Positions 47,801 through 60,019 of a DNA stretch of 64,000 nucleotides are shown here, piece by piece; the first letter of the stretch is position 1, and each line of letters starts with the position of its first letter. The notes under the pieces are model-generated. The model was not told where the DNA came from, ran no database searches, and saw only the letters and a list, made by a program, of their open reading frames with translations. The stretch covers positions 27,964,001-28,028,000 of the forward strand of contig CM097885.1 in assembly GCA_044892525.1 (NCBI GenBank), in the 5' to 3' direction. This DNA is from Schmidtea polychroa (taxonomy: Eukaryota). Both the position numbers and the translations under genes were made by a program.

Positions 47801-50538
47801 CTAGAAAGTATCACGAATTACGAACCCACATACATAGAAAGGGTTATGACTATATATAGTGTGAACAATGAATATATAAAGATATATGATTATATAAAAA
47901 TATATGTATATATATCAGCGCGGTATAATTAGTATATAACTTCGGGAAGTAAAATGAAATAAAATTCAGATAAAAGATTATGAATCAATATAGGTGAATT
48001 AATAGAATGAAACGGATCACAATGGAAATCAATCCCAATACCACCACAGGAGAAATATGGAAGCAGAAAAGCGTCATATTATCGTAAATAGCATTAGCTA
48101 TACAGAAGTAAGGAATCTCATGGAGGAACAATCTAATCGAAAATTTGAACAATGAATTTGTTCGTGAGAGAATAATCAAGGCCAGAGAGGAAAAATTGAA
48201 CTAAAGTGAAAAGAAATAGAACAACTCTAATGATAAAGTTAAATGCAAGAAATGAACTAATAAGAATAGCTGGGGAAATCAAGGAGAGAAAGATATGATA
48301 AAAATGCAACGGATAATATCAGACGTTAAAAGGAAACGGGAAAAGGAAAATGCAGGGAGCTGAAGATGAAATACAAATAGCTGTAACAATTACAGCATTA
48401 TATTCATGGAAAATAGTCATAAAATGAAGCATTCAATATACCGAGATGGAGGTGGAATGAGTAGAAGAACACTTGTACCGTGGTTTCTGTTGCGTAAAGG
48501 AGAAAAACAACGAACTATTAGCATGGTCATAACATTGAAAAGAGACGGTAATGGCAGAACTGAGTGCCAAAAAGAGGACTAATTGTATATAAATAATTGC
48601 ATATATCGGTGTATACACCCCAACCAAAATGGTATATAATAAAAGTAGAGGACCGATCACCATAAACAAAGATAAAATAATGCGAAAAATCAAAAATATT
48701 AAAATCTACGCCTATTTAAGAGTAAGGAAAATCAATCAGAAAAAATGGACGTTTGGCAAATATTGTAGAGAGGACACGAGAACAAAATACTGAGAACCGA
48801 GAGAACACAAGATAATAAATAAATTAAATAATGAATGTCGGGGACGACATTTGGCGAAGACGCGGAGGAAAAATGAGATCAAACTAAGATAACAACAAAC
48901 GGGAGATCAAGATGAAAGTCAAAATGGACATGAGCAATAATAGGAACAATCGGGAAAAAGTATACAAAAACATGATTGACAGAAAATGAAGAGCACACAT
49001 ATAACAAAATAGAATATGAACAAATAAACACAATAAAAAATGACAAGGAAAACACAGAACGAAATGAACAAACATGAAACAACAAATAACAAATTCACAG
49101 AAGGAAAGCAAGGCCAAAGACATTTGAACGAAAAGGCAAAACAGCGAGAAACGACAAATATAAAATGAAACATGATACAGTGAAACAGAACAAAAAAAAA
49201 ATTGAAAGCTTAACATCACGACACGGTCAATTAAAATAACAATAGATGCTAACAAAAATGAGATCAATTAGAAATATCGAACAAAAGTTTAATTAGGGAA
49301 AACGAACATACTGCCAACTTTTACTATGGAGCAAAATGTTACAATAATGAAAAACGAACGGACTGTCTACTTTTATTACGAACTATAAAGTTACAATTGT
49401 GGGAATTTCAATGATAAATTTGAATAAATTCAGAAATGATGGAAGCAATAATATCAACCACTCCAGGAACAGTTAGGGAGAAATGCGTACAGATGTAGAT
49501 ATCCAGATATAGGTGGATATATGTATATGAATATATGTTTATGGATAAGGGTATATGTATAAGTATATGAGTGTATATGTAGACATAGATAAACAATTAA
49601 ATGAGATAATGAAAATAAATGACCAATCAAAGTTACGCGCCAAAAGTAAAATAACAAATAGACGCGGAAATAAGTTAAAAACATAAAATATAGGGAGTGG
49701 AACAAAGAGGCCCATAAACAGAAAAACAACAAACAAATTTCGAAAACGTAAAATATACGAAATGAGAAACATTATGACGGGGAAATCAGTGAGGTAACAT
49801 AAAAAATCAAAGATAAGGAAAATATACTAATACGGAAGCGTGATAAATTACAAAATTGAGCAGGGATGGTTAATAAATAAACCATTGACGAATAGAAGGG
49901 TAACGAATAAAATGGATAAACAAATATTAACGAGTGATGCGAGAGGGATCTGCCTGAGGAAATAGTGAGCATATTAACGAGAAACAAGTCAACTAAAGCG
50001 GTAAGAGTAAAAGCGATAGCAATAAGACGTTAACTAGACAAGAGACGTGGACATATTTAGAATAATGAAGAAGGACCAAGAGTAATCGAGATAAGTAGAT
50101 TAAGAGCACGACGTAAAAATGAGAATAAAGTCCTACGAAAATTGAGAGCAAATGAATAAGGAAAAAATTTTTCTGTTAGGATTTAGGAAACCCACAACCT
50201 ATGAGCTACGCTCAGCGTAGTACGGATAAGGCCAGGAAAGTACCAACTGTCCTGACGAAAGATGTGGAACAGGGCCCATCGCATATACTGGAACATCTCT
50301 GCGTGTGATTGATCACCACACGATCGGAGATCGACCAGTGCGAGTGTTTCGCATCCGGAGTCAGGAGAGTGGGGAAAACCTGGAAGAGTAGTAAAAAGAA
50401 GCATGTAGGAGAAATAAAAAGAAGACCAAGTAAATGGGAAAAGAGAGAGCGAAGTAAAGAGAAACGATTAGAGCTTAAAGACTAAATTGATAGATAACCG
50501 GTAGGCAGATTGATAGGGACAAGGACAGTCAAAGGAAA

Positions 50539-50725
50539 GCGAATAATAGATGCGAATAATAGATGCGAATAATAGATGCGAATACTAGATGCGAATACTA
50601 GATGCGAATAATATATGCGAATAATATATGCGAATAATAGATACGAATATTAGATACGAATAATAGATGCGAATAATAGATGCGAATAATAGATGCGAAT
50701 AATAGATGCGAATAATAGATGCGAA
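50539..50725. repeat. 13-bp tandem repeat GCGAATAATAGAT (~14 copies)
   Basis: Directly visible. Confidence 0.95.
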
Positions 50726-50890
50726 TCCGGAGTCAGGGGAGTGAGGAAAACCCGTAAGAGCAGTAAAAAACAGGCATGCAGGGGGATAAACGTTTAGAAA
50801 GTGCACAGTAACTAAAGTAAAGACAACAAAAATAGTGAGCCTAGGACAAACGGAGAAATGGAGAATAAAACATGCATGTTAGGGATTATT

Positions 50891-51704
50891 AAGATCGAGT
50901 TGTCGAATAGTCCAACCGATCAGAAGGAAGAAGATTGAGCTGTTGAATAGTGCCAGCCAGTCGTAAGATCGAGTTGTCGAATAGTCCAACCGGTCAGAAG
51001 GAAGAAGATTGAGCTGTTGAATAGTGCCAGCCAGTCGAAAGATCGAGTTGTCGAATAGTCCAACCGATCAGAAGGAAGAAGATTGAGCTGTTGAATAGTG
51101 CCAGCCAGTCGTAAGATCGAGTTGTCGAATAGTCCAACCGATCAGAAGGAAGAAGATTGAGCTGTTGAATAGTGCCAGCCAGTCGTAAGATCGAGTTGTC
51201 GAATAGTCCAACCGATCAGAAGGAAGAAGATTGAGCTGTTGAATAGTGCCAGCCAGTCGTAAGATCGAGTTGTCGAATAGTCCAACCGATCAGAAGGAAG
51301 AAGATTGAGCTGTTGAATAGTGCCAGCCAGTCGTAAGATCGAGTTGTCGAATAGTCCAACCGATCAGAAGGAAGAAGATTGAGCTGTTGAATAGTGCCAG
51401 CCAGTCGTAAGATCGAGTTGTCGAATAGTCCAACCGATCAGAAGGAAAAAGATTGAGCTGTTGAATAGTGCCAGCCAGTCGTAAGATCGAGTTGTCGAAT
51501 AGTCCAACCGATCAGAAGGAAGAAGATTGAGCTGTTGAATAGTGCCAGCCAGTCGTAAGATCGAGTTGTCGAATAGTCCAACCGATCAGAAGGAAGAAGA
51601 TTGAGCTGTTGAATAGTGCCAGCCAGTCGTAAGATCGAGTTGTCGAATAGTCCAACCGGTCAGAAGGAAGAAGATTGAGCTGTTGAATAGTGCCAGCCAG
51701 TCAT
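50891..51704. repeat. 74-bp tandem repeat (~11 near-identical copies), a dimer of related 40- and 34-bp subunits
   Basis: AAGATCGAGTTGTCGAATAGTCCAACCGATCAGAAGGAAG + AAGATTGAGCTGTTGAATAGTGCCAGCCAGTCGT. Confidence 0.95.
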
Positions 51705-54700
51705 AAAGGCCTAGAAAAGCGAGAGATAGCAGTTAAGCTACAATGAGATAACACATCGAAGCTAAAGTTACAGTAAGATAGAATATTAAAGCTAGCTAGA
51801 AACGAATTGGAATTACATATGGGAATTTGAATTTAGAGAGGAAATAAACGAGCTCGTAGAAAAGATAATAAGATTATAGTGGAAAAGGAAGGGAAAAAAG
51901 GAAAATGAATTAAGGAGATAATGAAAATAAAGAATAAGTGTGAATAGATGATGAGTAAAAGAGGAAAATAATTAACTAATTAAAGGGGATCCCAGGTAAG
52001 TAGACAAGGTGCTACAGAATTTTTTTTTGGTTTAAACCGGATAAACGAATCTTGTTTTTGGTTCCAGAGTAGAACCGAGTAAAGAGTAATAGGTGACTTA
52101 GATATAAAAGGATAAGTAAAATGGCGAAATTGCGCAAAAGTATACTAGGAAAATGAGGAGGGGTAATTAGCAGCAACGGACAACGACCAATTGATATTAT
52201 AATTGATAATTATAGATAATTGATACGACCCTATAGATAATTGATACGACCACATAGATAATTCAACATCGACGAAAATATAGGATTATGGTTATTCACA
52301 ACCGACGAAATAGGAATTGTACATCAGTCGGAAGTTTCAAAAGTAGAAGCGGACCAGATAATGATTTTTGAAGTTTCAAAAGTAGAAACGTGGAAATTAA
52401 GAATTTCTAATAAGTCTCGAAAGCGGAGACCAATGGGATAAGAATTTTGTTTCAGTTGATTGTTTTGAATGCAGAAACGAACGAGTTATAAATTTGTAAG
52501 GTAAAGAGTGGAAAGTTAAGGAATGATAAGATTGGTAAATTTCGATATATTAGTAGAAATGAATTGATATTAGATAATCGGGTAAGAAAGAATGAATGAG
52601 AATATAAGGAGAATAATGGAAATTCTAGTTAAGAATGAGTTATAGAAATGACAAGGAATGAGTCAAGTACAGATGAGAGGCAATACAAGTACAACTGTGA
52701 ATATAGTTTCAAACTTAAGAAGAGAAACCGCTAAGTAAAACAATGAACTAAGTCAAGAAAAACGGCAACGATAACAATAATAGTTAATGAAAGGAGGAAA
52801 TATAAAGGGTAACCGCTATAGTAAACTCGAGAAATGATTAAAACTGAAACAACCGAGAACAGAACAAGTACCATAGTAATGAAGAAAAACTAAGAGGTAA
52901 TACAAGTTAATAGATCGAGAGATAGTCATTCAAAGCCAAGAAAACCATAGAAACGAGGAAAAGGAACACGAATTAAAATAAATAAGGATTGAGAAAATTA
53001 AGTAGACCATGAGAATAAAGGTGTAAACTAAGGGAACGAGGGAACAAATATTAAGAGATGCCCAAGGAAACTAAAACAAAAATATTGCAATTATGTTATA
53101 TAATATATAAATTATAATTTATAAAGATAATAATCAAGATAACAGCCAAGTATCAACAATCAACCAGAATTCAACACCAAATCATTAAGTCAATCGATAA
53201 TAGAACCAAGTATGTCAAACGAAGAAGAAATGAAAGCTGCAAAGAAAGGAAAACGAACAATCAAATTCAAGCAAACGTAAGAAAGTGAAAAGGAGAAATC
53301 AAAGCGGCATCTCAAAAACGGAAAGTTGACCCTCAAAATAGAGTGGCAAAAGGAATTGTAAAACAGTCAGTCGAAAAGTTTAAAACGCCAGTGGAACTTC
53401 ATGAAAGAGGAAATAATGTAAAAGCAGAACTAGTAAAAGACACTGAAACCTAACTAAAGAAAGAAACCAACGATGGAGAGATAATATGAATATATGAGCG
53501 AACAAGCTAGATGAGATGCAAAATCAGACAACCATCCGTCGAAACTATGCAGTAACATAATCAAGTATCAATCTGAAATAGAAAGAAAGCAACCTCCAAT
53601 AATAAATGTATTACAATATTTGGAAGCAGATCACAAATTGAAAACAACCCAACTAAACAACAACAAGGATGAAACACCTTACAGATCACAAAGGCACGAG
53701 AAGCAGAAGAAAGATGGAGTAGACGAAAAGAACTTCAGGCAAAAAGTGAAGAAGAGTATTGGAGGAGGAGAAAGGAAGAACTGTTGAGAGTTGATATCAC
53801 TGACAGCCAGAGGGAAAAGATAGAAGAAATGTGTGAAAGACAACAAAGAACAGTAATACAAATCAATATGATGAAAGTGGTACCGATCAACAAACGGGAA
53901 TTACAAAGAACTCTGGACTCAAGAGTGGAAAGTGAAACAATCGAAAGAATAGAAAATGTAACATTGGACCATCAAAATATCAGAATCATTGAGAACAATC
54001 GGAGAAATTATAAAAATACGGAAAATTAGGCTGATATTACAGCAATCCAAGAGAATCGCATGAGAGCAGTCAACAGAAGATATTGCCACAAATCGAAGAC
54101 CAACGAAGTCTACGAGAATCGAAATGGTGAAAATAATGAAAACATCGTGACAGAAGAACGGTAAAAAATGAAAATGAGATTGAACCAAATATCGAAAATA
54201 AAGTAAAACAGTATTGTAACCAAGGCCAGCTGCGAGGACACAATGAGCGTAATTGTTCTTTGAAAATGACGGGTTGGAATTGTCAGAGAATGAGGCATTG
54301 CGAGAAGAAATGTCGTCGTAAAAAAAAAAAAAAAAAAAAAGTGTAAAAACGAATGTAAAAGAACAGGACACGTAATTAACAACGGTCCGAATGTGAAATC
54401 CAGAGAAAATCAATCACGGAGAAGTACCGAAGAACCAACCAAGCAAATACGCACTGAGAAAAGAATTCAACAGTCGGAGAGAAAAAATTGTCAACCTCTG
54501 ATGTCAATAAAATAATAGTCGACAACCGTACGTAGAAGGGAAGAAACATGTAAAACTCAACGTATCCGAAGAATTGAGAAGACAATGTATAGAACAAGGT
54601 AACATAATAAAAGAATTTGTGATGAAAGAAAAAAGACAGGATGAATTGATAATGATATGGGGACAAGTTGCCGAAAACAAAACAAAGAAACTGAAGTACA

Positions 54701-55868
54701 AAAAACAACGATACTCAGACTAAACGAAGAAGCAAAGTCAGCCGAATTAAGAATCAACGAATTAATGAATAAGCAAGATAAATGCAGAGAAATGGCAGTA
54801 GACACAAAAATGATGACGGCAAAGTAAAGAAAACTGAGGGTATAAAGAGTAAAATAGAAATTAAAGGAGAAGTGTAGATGAAAATAGTAAATAGGAAGTG
54901 TACATATGTAAAAAATTGATTTATAATGTAGCAAAGGATCGATGTATAAGTAATTAAAATAAAAATGGATCAAGTAATCAGTTGGGAAAATACAAAATTT
55001 GAACCCCCACAGTGGTAAAGGAGAACAGAGGCCCAAATGAGAAGAAAGAATATAAATCCAGAAGAAAGATAAAAGTGCAAACCCGGAAAGAATGAGTTAA
55101 ACGAATATCTAAAAATAATACCTAATTTGGAAACCCTAAGCGAAGAACGGTAAAAGATCCTGATAAATGAGACGAAAGTCACAGACCCAGTGACATTAGC
55201 AACTTAATCAAATCAAGCGAACTTAGACCAAAATCGAAAATAATTCGAGTTACCCATTAAAGAAAGAAAATCCCTTAATAAGAGCAATACCGTAAACAAA
55301 ACCACCAAAGAAAACCAAAAGAAGAATCAATGTGTCAAATCACCTAGTTAAACAAAAGTTCCGAAGACCCTTGAGCAAGGTCTGTCATATACCATCAAAT
55401 GATCCAGAAAATCAGAATCCCAGCCTAAAAATTCAAAGAAAATCCGGGAAAACAGTCAAACCCCGATAGGAAGAATCCTATGATCTTCGGTAAGTATTAC
55501 GAGCTAATTATGAAAATCAACAACAGGAGTCAAACATGCCTACAAAACCGTGCCGAAAGATTGAAGACCGAACCCAGAAACGAGAAGAAACAACCGACTG
55601 AAGAATTGATCCAGAAATAAAACTGTTGCATGTGACTTGACTTGAGTTTGGACATGGTATAAGTATGTATGTGTATTATGACCAGTCACTGTACGTGGCA
55701 ACTGCTTGAATTTTAGCTTAGACCTTTTTTCTGATAATTCAATTTTAACATGTCTTAAACTGTTATAGTATGTTTATGGGTTAATGGAAATGTAATAGAC
55801 TATGATCTGCGAAATTCATATGTCTAACAGAATTGCGGGACGCAATTTTAACGGGTCCCGGAGTGATT

Positions 55869-57412
55869 TGTTGGGCTGAAACCCAGAACTGAGAGTTTGT
55901 TTTAATCGATCGAAAAATACCTAACACAAAAAACGCAAAGTTGGAAAATTTATGACCAAGGTTTAATTTAAAATAAATGAAATAAATTACATCACACATT
56001 AAGAACCAATAAACCCCGTATAATAGAATAAGAGATAAATAAATTTAACAAAAAATTCAACACTTAAAAATTTAAATAGAAAAATAATAAAATATAAAAT
56101 AGAATTAGTTGAAAATTATTTAAACAATATAAAAATTAAATCGTCAAAAATACTAAAATTAGTTAGCATTATATAAATTGTAAAGTTTATAGAATTAAAT
56201 GGTTATTTAACTTATTAAATTTAAAGAATAAAAATGTTTAAATTAATAAAAATTAATATAACTCAAATTATTTAAATTATAAAATTTATAAAATTAAAAT
56301 TAATAAAAATTAAATAAGAAATTAATTAAATTTATTGAATTAAAACAAATAAACAATTGCACACACTCATGCAGGTATGCAAGACTAATTAAAAATTTCT
56401 CGCACTCTGATTGGATAGAGTGGCAGCAAATGCATGAAAAATCAGTATAAATACTGATCACAAATTCATTTAGGACTACTTTTTCTCTAACATCAAAATT
56501 TAGTTGTAGCCAGTGAAGCTCTCAGTTTTCGATTTTATGCCCACGTGGATTTGGTAATTTATTTTTTATTGTTGTAGTAATTTTACGAGATGATTAAATT
56601 TAATATGCAATAAAATTTTTAGTTAAATTTTCTTTTGTTATTTTCTTTTAATTGTTTAATTTCATTTAGTTGCAGATATTAAATAATAATTTTTATTGTG
56701 TTCAATTTTTATACTAACTGATTACGAACGTTAGTACCGCTGAATTGAGATTCAGCATATCATGGTTTGAGGTACCTTCGGGATGCTCAGACTGGTGGGT
56801 ATGCTGGTTTTTCAATCGCGCAGCTGGATTGGGCCGGAATGTGGGGGCTTCCTCACGGGTCCTATCGCTGGAAGTACTGTGGTCAAATGTAGGTTAGGAC
56901 TGAGAATACAGGCAGATCCCTGCTCAAATTTTTTGAAGTATAACGTAAATATTATGGGAAGCGTGGATTAACTTGAAAATAAGGGCCAATCCCTGCTCAA
57001 ATTTTTCAAAGGATAATTTAGATATTGTAGGAAGTGTAGAACAATAATTATTAGCTGGAAAATAAGGGCGGATCCCTGCACAAAATTTTATAAGAGAACA
57101 ATTAGAAATACCCGTAATTAAGGACCAACAACGATTCAAAAATAGCATACACAGTGAATAATGACGTAAGACCTTCTATCGGCAGTCTAGAACCCGAAAA
57201 GAAAATACAATGGGGAGTAGTTTTAGTAATAGAGCTCACCTGCTCATTGTTTTTTTCGCCTTTGTGTACAGTACCAACATGGTCGTCACCATGGGTACAC
57301 AAATGGTTTAAATTTTAATAGTCATGGAGGTGCTTAGGAAAGAGTCGAACGATTATGATTACCCCTAACGCATTTTAAAATGTAAAAATGATACACCCCT
57401 AAGTAACCAACA
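55869..57412 (+). repeat. 3' LTR
   Basis: Copy of 40747-42290 (offset 15122); two substitutions seen near the 5' end; preceded by hairpin AATTGCG-gga-CGCAATT (55831-55847). Confidence 0.95.
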
Positions 57413-57525
57413 GTATCATGATTATTTATAAAATCTTCAACTGTGTTGTTAATAAATTCCAATGAACGCTTATCTTCGGAATAGGTTGGACTTAATTTTT
57501 TCTTATTTCTAGTAGGACTTCCTTG
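57413..57525 (-). pseudogene. Upstream coding part of the split RING-finger gene
   Basis: QGSPTRNKKKLSPTYSEDKRSLEFINNTVEDFINNHD joins in frame across the GTAT TSD to TYTDKEIINI; possible 43-nt GT-AG intron at 57526-57568. Confidence 0.55.
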
Positions 57526-58114
57526 CTATAAATGACATATATAAAAAATATTGACTTGCCAAGCATACTAATTAATACATGAATTGAAAATCGACCACCT
57601 GAATTTTTGGTTCAACTATCCATGGCAGTTTTGTTTTCGATTTTTATCACAGATCACTAACCATTCAGTTTCATTACGTTACATAACGATACCGCTTTAC
57701 AATCTCCTCTAGTTTCATTTGATGTCTATGGCATCAGTAGTTTTTTCTTTATATTCAGTACATTTGGTTGTCTATTTCTAATCTGTCTCAAAATTATTAT
57801 ACAGTATAATATATACAAGTTTATACGGACTTGCGAATTAATCTCATTCACCATAATCCTTCGCTAATCTTCATTAATTTATTGGGTTGTTATTTACCGA
57901 TATCACATTGCTATCCACAAAAAAATGTTTTTTCATTGAATGATCAGAAACTTTTTGGCCACCGGGAGTTGTCGAATAACACAGCTCATGTGTAACCTGT
58001 TCCCAATTACTAAAATGCAGTAAGATGCATCTGAAGATTAGATCAATTTTTTTGCCAATATAGTTTTTTTTAATTTCTAAATTTAATAATTATTAAACAA
58101 TCATTGGTCTAGCC

Positions 58115-59860
58115 CAGGGATGGCGAACCTTTTTTTGACTGCGTGCCAATAAATATTATTTTTATAAAATGAAAATACATGCGTGCCAATACAAATTATT
58201 TTTATTAAATGAAAATACATGCTTTTAAAAATTATATATAGATTCATTTCTATAATATGCTGACATGTTTTTTAATGGGATTTTTGTTGCTGAATATTTC
58301 TCGATAATGCATCAATATCCGGATCATAGTTTGACAATTTTAATGAAATACAAGCCTCCCCACATTCATCGGTAAGTCTGTTTCGTACATCAGATTTTAT
58401 ATTATTCATAATCGAAAATAGACTTTCACAGCTATACGTTGATGAAAATATTGTTAGAATAGCTAAAGACAATTTCTTCATCGCATTAAATGTTTCTGGG
58501 AGCGAACACCATGTCTTCAACAACATATTATTCATGTTTTCGTATTCTTCTTCATTTAATCTTTTTTTTTCATTATTTTCTATTTCTTGCCTTAACTCTA
58601 TAAATTTCAGCTTCCAAATAGAACTTGATTGAAACTCTGCCAACTGCATTTCTAAATTCTCCAACTGTAACCAGTCTAATTGATCAATTTTAGCAGTTTC
58701 CATATCAAACTTGTCTGGATATTTAATAAAGTTAATTAATGGTTGAAATTTTTTGAAATCTTGAAATATATTAGCAACATTGTCTTGTATGTCACTTATA
58801 ACTTGGCTATAAAAATTTATATTAATTTCATAAACTCCATGAATAGAAAATTTTTGAAGGTGATCTTTCAACAAAGGAAAATACTTAAAATTATTGTTGT
58901 CAATATCGCGTTTAAATATTACTAATTTGGACTCAAAACCTTCAATAATATTGAACATTACATCAATTGATTTTCCGGGACCTTGCAATTTAATATTTAA
59001 TTCATTTAAATGGTTGGAAATATCCGTTAAAAACATTAATTTGGTGATCCAGTTATTATCAAAAAGTTCAGGAAATTCGGTTTTTTTATCATTAAGAAAC
59101 ATGATAATTTCATCAAAACATTCTACAAAACGTTGTAACACAAATCCTCTACTAAGCCAGCGTACGTGATTATACATTAACAATCCATGATAATTTGAAC
59201 CTACCTCTTGTAGAAGCAACTGAAATTGCCGCTTATTCAAAGCTCGAGCTGCTATAAAATTTATTATTTTGGAAACAATACTTAAAATATCATCAAATGC
59301 TGCCAATCCAGACTTCGCACATAGAACTTCTTGATGAATTATACAATGAAAATTAATAATTGGATGCCCAACGTGTTCTTGAAAAAGAGATACAAAACCA
59401 GCTTGCCGTCCTATCATTGAGGGAGCTCCATCAGTTGTAATTGACACTATTGTTGATGTATCTATCTCAGCTATTTGAAACGTTTTTATAACTGCATCAC
59501 TAATATCTTTCCCAGTTTTTTTTGCTGATAAGGAAACTAGTGAAAGCAATTCCTCAACTATTTTTTCTCCTTTAGCATAACGAGCAATTATGGACAAGCG
59601 AGCTGAAGATGTTACGTCGGTACTTTCATCAAGACATATAGAAAATAGCTCTGCTGAACGTATATCATTTATTTTTTTAATATTAATATTTTTATGCATT
59701 TCTAATATTTGAATTGAGTTCACAATTTTTTCAATATCAAAAATGCATTTGGATTAGTCAGTACATTACATATGTATGAAAATGAAAAATATTATACGTG
59801 CCAGCGAAAATTTATCTGCGTGCCACTTTGGGCACGCGTGCCATAGGTTCGCCATCCCTG
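58115..59860 (-). mobile_element. Buster/SPIN-type hAT transposon, internally deleted (1746 bp)
   Basis: Perfect TIR CAGGGATGGCGAACCT / AGGTTCGCCATCCCTG; perfect 8-bp TSD GTCTAGCC with central TA (58107-58114, 59861-59868); subterminal GCGTGCCA repeats. Confidence 0.95.
58272..59723 (-). CDS. N-terminally truncated hAT transposase (GTF2IRD2/FAM200/Buster-like)
   Basis: FSICLDESTDV, ITTDGAPSMIG, FHCIIHQEVLC, HVRWLSRG, FSSTYSCESLFS, C-terminal QQQKSH; no BED zinc finger or N-terminal region. Confidence 0.85.
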   Translation of the reverse strand: MNSIQILEMHKNINIKKINDIRSAELFSICLDESTDVTSSARLSIIARYAKGEKIVEELLSLVSLSAKKTGKDISDAVIKTFQIAEIDTSTIVSITTDGAPSMIGRQAGFVSLFQEHVGHPIINFHCIIHQEVLCAKSGLAAFDDILSIVSKIINFIAARALNKRQFQLLLQEVGSNYHGLLMYNHVRWLSRGFVLQRFVECFDEIIMFLNDKKTEFPELFDNNWITKLMFLTDISNHLNELNIKLQGPGKSIDVMFNIIEGFESKLVIFKRDIDNNNFKYFPLLKDHLQKFSIHGVYEININFYSQVISDIQDNVANIFQDFKKFQPLINFIKYPDKFDMETAKIDQLDWLQLENLEMQLAEFQSSSIWKLKFIELRQEIENNEKKRLNEEEYENMNNMLLKTWCSLPETFNAMKKLSLAILTIFSSTYSCESLFSIMNNIKSDVRNRLTDECGEACISLKLSNYDPDIDALSRNIQQQKSH

Positions 59861-60019
59861 GTCTAGCCAATAGATTCCGCTGTCATCCTTAGTCTCCCAA
59901 ACTTAGCCCCCAAAATTTTGCTGAAATATCCAAGCCGTTGAATGAAGCTTCAGAGAGAAATGAAAAAGATATTAAATAGAATGACATGTGTATGAAAAAT
60001 TTCCGAAAATGTAAACTTG

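Larger units (their letters stand above)
40747..57412 (+). mobile_element. Non-autonomous gypsy-type LTR retrotransposon (LARD-like, 16,666 bp)
   Basis: Two 1544-bp TG..CA LTRs, 4-bp TSD GTAT (40743-40746, 57413-57416), tRNA-Pro PBS, pre-LTR hairpin; interior has no long ORF. Confidence 0.9.

Noticed and set aside
50891..51704. CRISPR-like alternating repeat pattern
   Set aside because: The would-be spacers are identical between units. It is a 74-bp tandem repeat in a eukaryotic retroelement, with no cas genes.
46921..55182. Numerous F/L/I/S-rich minus-strand ORFs resembling membrane proteins
   Set aside because: By-products of the T-rich complement of an A-rich strand; they overlap in several frames and have no motifs.
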